This document shows, in pieces, positions 56,838 to 64,000 of a stretch of 64,000 bases of DNA. The stretch is from Lama glama (lineage: Eukaryota), in the NCBI GenBank assembly GCA_028534125.1, contig CM052816.1, positions 23,996,001-24,060,000 of the forward strand, in the 5' to 3' direction. Both the position numbers and the translations under genes were made by a program. A model generated the notes under the pieces. The model was given only the letters and a program-made list of their open reading frames with translations. It made no database searches and was not told the origin of the DNA. Numbering within the stretch: position 1 is the first letter of the stretch; each line of letters begins with the position of its first letter.

Positions 56838-58074
56838 TTATTCATAGTTTAAAATCACCTGATAAAAACAAACATCACTACATACACTTGTCCATGTTTA
56901 GGAGGACACAGTACAGATTTCCAACAATCAAGGGTTTCTGAGTGTTTTACCAGAGGAAAATGTAAAGCCATTAAGTGGAATAAAACCTAAATTACTGGGA
57001 ATTTTAAAAATTTAAATTTTATCATGACAGCAAACCTATTTTAATAATTTCAAATTTTAATTATACTTTGGTGGTATCTGGAGCACACAATGAATACTGT
57101 TTGTTAAGTACAGGCTAGCCAGGACTGCGATTTAGACCGTCTCCCCAGGCACAACTTTATATTGCCTAGTTGGCATCCATCCCATATCTGAAATTCAGTG
57201 ATAACTGTACAGGAATCCTCCTAGTCACCCATGAACAGGCTTCCCTTTATAGTCCCTGACAGCAGGACTCACTCCTGCCTTTACTCATCCCTTCTCTGTG
57301 TTCAGTCAGTCACTCAGCGCTCTCCATTCTTTCCTTTCTAATTTTTCTCAGATTCAGACATGAACTGGTTGACATGCATTTTCACAACTAGTGTTTCCTT
57401 CTAAGGCTTTATGTTTCATGTCTGATTCAGTAATTCTTAGTTTTTTGTTCTTCACATTCTCTCCCTCTCTCCATGGTTCTCAACTTTTGTTCAGTCCCAA
57501 CACACCCAAGGCACATGACAAATTTCTAAACCAGTAGCAGTGCCTTAAACAGGTCATTAAGGGTGGAGGGAAGTGTTGGGAGACTGAAAATGTCCCAGAT
57601 CTAGAATCATGTCCCTAACACTATCTCCACAGTTCCTCCTCTACCCATATCTCAACAGCAAGGAACAAACTACAGCTGTATTTCAAGCATTCTTTAAATG
57701 CAGAAGAGCCAACTAAATTATCATTTAATTCTGACCATTGTGATCTAGATTTCCTACAGTCCTTTTTTTTAAAAATCATTTTCAGTGGTTCACACTCTCT
57801 ACTGAATTCTGAATATAAATTTTTTTCATAGAAATGAGCTGTAGCAAGTTCTGTTACAACACAGCAAATTCATGTGATAATCCAAACTTCCATTTTTTTC
57901 TTTGACTTCTGTTAGCCAAGTAGATTCATTTAATTCCATTTAATGCATTATTGCTATATGGTTTTCCAAAGTGCTATCAACCTAGATCAGCTCTCATATT
58001 CCATACTTACATACTTACCTACTACAAATTCTTAGATTTTTAAGCAATAGAAAAAAATTATAATAAATTATATG

Positions 58075-58536
58075 CCTATAATGTAATACTACTCAGCCAT
58101 AAGAAAAGAATAAAATGCCATTTGCAGCAAGATGGATGGACCTAAAGATTGTTATACTAAGTGAAGCAAGCCAGAAAGAGAAAGTAAAATACCATATGAT
58201 ATCATTTATATGTGGAATCTAAAAAAAGGACACAAATGAACTTATATTTACAAAGCAGAAACAGACACACAAAACAAACTTATGGTTACCAGAGGAGGAA
58301 AGAAGGAGGTGAAGGGATAAATTGGGAGTTCAGAATTTGCAGATACTAAGTACTATATACAAAATAGATAAACCACAAGGTCCTACTGTATAGCACAGGG
58401 AACTATATTCAATACCTTCTAATAGCCTATAACAAAAAAACATGAAAAGGAATATATATACATATAACTGAATCACTATGCTGTACACCAGAAATTAACA
58501 AATTAACACAACACTGTAAACTTTAATTTAAAAAAG
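58075..58536 (+). mobile_element. 5'-truncated LINE-1 3' end (artiodactyl-type, relatively young)
   Basis: tactactcagccataa...atgccatttgcagcaa.atggatggaccta.agattgttatactaagtgaag...gtatagcacagggaactatattcaa...gaatcactatgctgtacaccagaaa, ending in an A-rich tail. This is the typical L1 ORF2 end plus 3'UTR. Confidence 0.85.
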
Positions 58537-58887
58537 TCATATGCAATAATTTCTTAATAGTAAGTTATATGCAATAATTTCTTTAAGCATTCTTTTTATA
58601 AATTATTTTACCCAGGTTTTTTAAAATAATCAAAATTTAAACTAATCCCCATGTTAACACTAAAAGACATGGCTATAATTTCAACTATGTGAAATCCATG
58701 GAAAATAAATCATTTTAAGACCACTAAGAACTTTAAAATGAACTTTAATCTTAACTACTTTTGATAGTTCACAAATTTTTAAAAACAGATCCCAAGAGAA
58801 ATAAATTATAATCATTTCCCTTACAACACATAGTTTCATAACTACTACCTACTGTATCAAGGATTATTGTACTATAAGAAGGCTGCA

Positions 58888-58984
58888 GGGGGAGGGTATA
58901 GCTCAATGGTAGAGCACATGCTTAGCATGCATGAGGTCCTGGGTTCAATCCCCAGTACCTCAATTAAAAAAAAAAAAAGGTAGA
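58888..58984 (+). mobile_element. tRNA-derived SINE, camelid Vic-1 type, with A-tail and 11-bp TSD
   Basis: GGGGGAGGGTATAGCTCAATGGTAGAGC (A box) ... GGGTTCAATCCC (B box), then poly(A). Flanked by AAGAAGGCTGC at 58876-58886 and 58985-58995. Family name from recall of the camelid SINE consensus. Confidence 0.88.
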
Positions 58985-59054
58985 AAGAAGGCTGCCCCAG
59001 GCTTATGGCATATAAAACTTCCATTAAAAAATTTTTTAATTATCCCAATCTGCT

Positions 59055-59605
59055 ATACTTTTTAAAAACAGCTTTATTAAACTATAATTCATATACTCAC
59101 TCATTTAAAGTGTAAATGTCAATGATTTTTAATGTACTCACAAAGTTGTACTATTATCACCACAGTCAATTTTAGAACATTTTCATCATCCCAAAAGAAA
59201 CTCTATTCTCTATTTTCCCTTTCCTGAAGCTCCTGGCAATCACCTACTTTATGTCTCTATAGATTTGCTATACTGACATATCACATGCATAGAATAATGG
59301 AAATATATGATATGTGGCCTTTGTATGTGGCCTCTTTTACCTAGCATAACGTTTTCAAGGTTCATCCATGTTATATTACATTATCAGTATTTCACTTTTT
59401 TCATTGCCAAATAATACTCTGTTGTATGAATACACCACATTCAAAAAATCTCTTCATCAGGTGATGGTCATTTGAGTTGTTCTCCATTTTCAGCTATTAT
59501 AAACAATGCTGCTGTAAACACTGGTGCACAAGTTTTTGTGTGGACATAATGTTTTTCACCTATCTTGGGTATACACATAGGAGAACTGCTGGTCATGAAA
59601 TGCTT
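59055..59605 (-). mobile_element. LINE-1 3' fragment (L1MA/MB-like), approximate bounds
   Basis: ORF 59468..59683 contains HYVHTKTCAPVFTAALFIIA, resembling the L1 ORF2p C-terminus, followed by L1 3'UTR-like sequence. Confidence 0.75.
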
Positions 59606-60989
59606 TTTGAAATAACTACTTCTGGTCATCTTTCTCACCTCTTCTGTATCGGACTGCAGAATGTCACTCCTCATTTCAGTCAATATGTCTGCCTATTTTT
59701 ATCCCTCTTTCTCACTTAGAATTCAGTATAAACATGGAAACTAGTAACTATTAAGCTTGTTAGAAATATGTAGAAATAGAAAAAATGTAATCATAGGCCT
59801 GTGTGGCTCAATCATAAGAGAAACCCACTTTGGCTTGACCTCCACTGCTGTATGTGTTCTAGACAGTCAGACATCACTGAATTCCCCCAACCCTACTCCC
59901 AAAAAAGACTCCTGATGGGAATTGATGTTCAATTATTCAAATAAAGCCAAAACAAAAATATATGCCTATTAACTCAGTTGACTTTAAAATAGACAAATGT
60001 TCCTTAGTTTTCATTCTAGGATATCTGGTGCTTTTCAGGCAACTTATAAAATAATACTTTAAAATATTATATAACCTCCAAGTACTACAAGAAAATATAA
60101 TGCCTATAGTAATATGCAAAGAGACATTTCTTTCCCATCTCTATTAAAAGACAGCTAAAAATGTGTGTACTTAATAGGCTACCTTCTCCAAGGCCAAGTA
60201 TTGACGTGGGTGTCTTTTTAATAATTCAGAAGCATGCAGGCATCTTAAAATTTTCCCTGTGGGTGGTTATCAGAATTCCACCTTCAAGTTGAAGATCTAG
60301 CAATAATTACACTAGTTTCCACCACTATGAACAACTATATCCAAAAAACGAAGATTTTCCTGAGTGTATGAAGTAGTATTTTAAAATAAAGACAGATCCA
60401 AATAATATCAAAGTTTAATTTCCTTATCATGTTCCAATAGCTGTATTTTAAAAAGTGTTATTAATCTCTAAAATACAATTCAAAAATTAAAATCAAATGA
60501 GTATTTTTTATTTATATTTCAATCAATAGATTTAAATATAGTGAAATTAGGTCTATAATTATATTCATTTCCTAAACAGGAAACCAAAGCAGAATACATA
60601 TTTTGTTCTTATAAATACATTAGTTTCAGAGAAATAAGGAAGTTGTTGAGTATGACATTTTATCTACAGAAACACAAAATTGTGCAAAAATCTTACTATC
60701 AGGAAAATTTCACATATACAATTATGAACTATAAATTATACTAATAGAAAGGTACATAAAATCTTCAGTCTCCCTACCATTTTCACAGAAATGATGAGTT
60801 TGTGTTTACATAACGAATGTCAAAAACAATAGCATAAATGATTTTATGGCTAACACCATATAAAATGAGGTGGACCAAATTAATTTAGATTTATTTGGGA
60901 AAATGGTCTTTCAAAAAGTAGCCCTGTGAATCTGAGTCTACAAGGCAGGGATTAGGCTGGGAGCGAGAACAGAGCGGGGAAGAGAGGAA

Positions 60990-61880
60990 AAAACAGAGGA
61001 GCCAGTGGAAGACCCGGAAAGGCAGACGCTTAGCAATTGGAAGGATTTCTTAATGAAAGAAACAGAGATGCTAACAAGTTACCTCTGTCTGAAAGGAAAT
61101 GATTAGCTCGGTTGGACATGTTGAATTTGAGGAGCCATGAGACAATCAGTTAAAGAGTTCTATCAGGCAGTTAAAAAATTCATGACTGGAACTTAGGAGT
61201 GGGGACAGGGATAAAGAGCTAGAGGGTGAAGCTATGGAAAAAGAATGAAAAGAGAAACATGGGGAGAGACAATGTGAAGAGTTCAACGTTTTTCTGAGAA
61301 TACAGAAAACACAAGAATGAAAGGCAACAGTGGTCACCATGGTCAAAGGGGAATTTCTACACTGTGGATATTCTCCCTTGTATATTTAAATTTTCACCTC
61401 AACTTGACCACTCTCCTTTAACCACAGTTATCTTACTTGCACACTGCACACCCCCTCTTCAAATGCCCAGCCAAACTTGTAGGAATACTACAGCAGGTCC
61501 TCAGTGCATGCCATCCTGGCTTCACCATGCCACAACCCCAAAATAGCTTTATTAAGACATCCAAAGACTTCTATGTTGCCAAATATAGTGTACATTTTTC
61601 AGCCCGTCTCAGTGGATTTTTACAACATCTTATGATACTGTTGACCACTCCCTCTTTGTTGAAACTTTATGTGAAATTATCACAATCTCTCAGCCTTTTC
61701 TACCCAGCAATAAAGTGGTACCAGTCCCTTTAACACTTGGTCTTAGACCCATCTCTTTTTCTATTCTTTCTATGGTCATCTCCCCAGATCTATAGCTTTA
61801 AACACCATCTATGTGTGATACGTAGTAAGGAATGGCTCTTATACATTTCCAGATCAGATCTGCCCTCTGAATTTCAGCCT
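60990..61880. mobile_element. LINE-2 fragments, approximate bounds
   Basis: ttggacatgttgaatttgagg (reverse L2); tactgttgaccactccct and atagctttaaacaccatctatgtg.tga (forward L2). Confidence 0.55.
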
Positions 61881-64000
61881 GAATAAAGGCTGAATAAAGA
61901 TGTTTATTATTGTACAAAGAAAGATCAAGACTGTCTAGACAGTGCAAATTCTCAATATAGTTAAAATACTAATAAAACACATTTCTGGGAAAGTCTATTA
62001 CCAATCTATTCATTTTTATGCTAATTTATTCTGTGTTTACAATTAATCTGATAAAGGCTTGGTAAAATATCTTTGCTCAGCAATATTAGGCTATACCAGG
62101 CAAAAGACAGTAATCTAGTGTACTTTTTTTTTTTTAAATCTGGGAGAAGGGAAAATGTTTGGGTTCTTATTTTGTTTTATGGGTGTTTTAAAGAACAACT
62201 GAGCAACACTATATCCAAGTATCTCTTTAGGTCTATGGCTGTCACAATATTGTTTCCAAGTAGACTTAAGGATGCTCAAGTATGAATACCCTTTGAAGAG
62301 AGAAATGTTCCAATCCCTTAAAATAACTTCAGCTGTTTTTATTTTTATTTTATTTTATTCTTCTATTTGAAAAGTCTGCAGTTGCAAAAAGCAGTTTCTG
62401 GGGATAAACCACTATCACATCCTTCCACTCATTCATGAAACAAATACTTATTAATCAATTTTATCAAGCACCATACTAGATATTTTGCAGGCCTCCCAGT
62501 TGCTATTTTTATAGTATAGGCTAGAGATAAAAGGTAGGTCTTTTATCTTAAACCCAGGGCATTTTCCACTATAACAAACAGCCTCTACTAAATTAAGTGC
62601 TTACTCCAGTCAAAAAAGGTTGAGTTCCTTTTCCATAAAACCTCCCTTTTCATGTCACAGCCTCTCTGTGACAGTTTCCCAATTGTAAAATGGAAATAAT
62701 AATCCCTGCCTATCAGTACTATCCCCTTGGAATCTTAAGGCTCTGTAAATAAAGATCAATTTGTAATAAGACAGCCACATAAAGCAGCCAAGGCTTCTAG
62801 AGCTTGACTACCAAGCCAGCTGATAAGACTTGATTATAATATGGCAATTTAGGTGTCAGTGCCATGTTAGAAATGTGAGAGTGTGACTCACTGTTATACA
62901 TTTCAAAAGGATTGGTAGGAAACTTATGCCGAGGCCTGGCTTTTCAATGGGTGGCCACTTTTTGACAAGAACAAGATTACATACTCAGCTGACCCTATCA
63001 GAGCAAAGACAGCACTTTCCCTGGGCCTGCACATGCTCTCAGTGTCGTCAATGCTACTCCTGTGGCACCTGCTGGGAAGCTCAAACCCATCACAGTATAC
63101 GAAGGACCAAGGTCCATGCCAGTGAGCACCTCTTAAGTCTTGGCAACTAGGGATCCTCTCCCCTTTGTTCTCACACTGTATCTCTGAAATATATATTGCA
63201 TTATATCTTGATCATGTTTTATGGGCCCACTGTGAATCTATACTTCTGTGTAAAGGTCCATTTATTTAGATGAACAAGATTTTCTATCGGCATCACCTCT
63301 GCAACTAGAAAGTGGCTATTAAACTAATACACTACCTTACATAGTTCATGTGAGGACTGTGTAAGATAAGGTGTTTGCTTACATAAAAAAACAAAGCTAA
63401 TTTATCAAAAATGAAGAAGGCTGTAAAGGGAGAAAGGTAGGATGTCATATGAGAGAGTTTTACTAGTTTTTCAGTAAGATGACATTACATATACTACCTA
63501 ATCATCTTCTTGCTGCCACAAAATACAGGTCAAACAATCATTTAGCACGCGAAATGAAGACTAGGGAACTACATTGCTTTCTAGCATTTTGATCAATGAA
63601 ATAAAATCTGGATCCCAATCACAACTGATGTTACCTTTTACACAGTAAATCAACCTTACCAAATAATCTTAAGTGACAGAAAAAAAAATGAACAGGAAAA
63701 GAAGGGGGAGCTTATATATAGCTATAAAGTCTTTAATGCATTTAAACTGCTTATTCAGAAGATGCTATGTACAAGGTAGTAGCTATGGTAGAGAATATCT
63801 TAAAATATACACAATGTTTACCCGCACTCAAGTTATCCAATTTCAAATTATTCTGGCATATCACATCATCCAAATGCTAAAATTGAAATAATCCTTTCCA
63901 GAAGTTTTAAATTCTATCCCAAACCAACACTTGTGCTAAATAAAAAACAAGATGGAAAAGCTTATTTAGCAGTGTAACGAGCTGCTTTAGTAGTTGAATA

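Noticed and set aside
58888..58965. tRNA gene (A and B boxes, tRNA-Ala-like)
   Set aside because: A poly(A) tail, a target-site duplication and a second diverged copy in the window show it is a SINE.

Overview
AT-rich mammalian genomic DNA lying entirely inside one minus-strand gene, SLC12A2 (NKCC1, Na-K-2Cl cotransporter 1). I resolved 25 consecutive coding exons (human-equivalent exons 2-26, 2747 nt of CDS). Their splice phases are compatible and the frame is open from [10 protein letters not shown]... to ...HSSTANIIV(M). Exon 1 lies beyond position 64000 and exon 27 lies before position 1. Two tRNA-derived SINEs of the Vic-1 type point to a camelid (alpaca/llama/camel). The introns hold ordinary decayed repeats (L1, L2, MIR, MER5A, Tigger2, MLT1; repeat boundaries and subfamily names are approximate), microsatellites and several short tandem duplications. 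I found no new multi-gene system. The most interesting signals concern splicing: (1) the known alternative exon 21 has a GC 5' splice site; (2) intron 21 holds a candidate 150-nt stop-containing (poison) exon with an internal hairpin/paired NF-kB-like motif and a nearby YCAY cluster; (3) intron 25 holds a candidate ~40-nt poison exon; (4) the exon 10/11 junction recreates a 5' splice site. All four are hypotheses that need RNA-seq and conservation checks.
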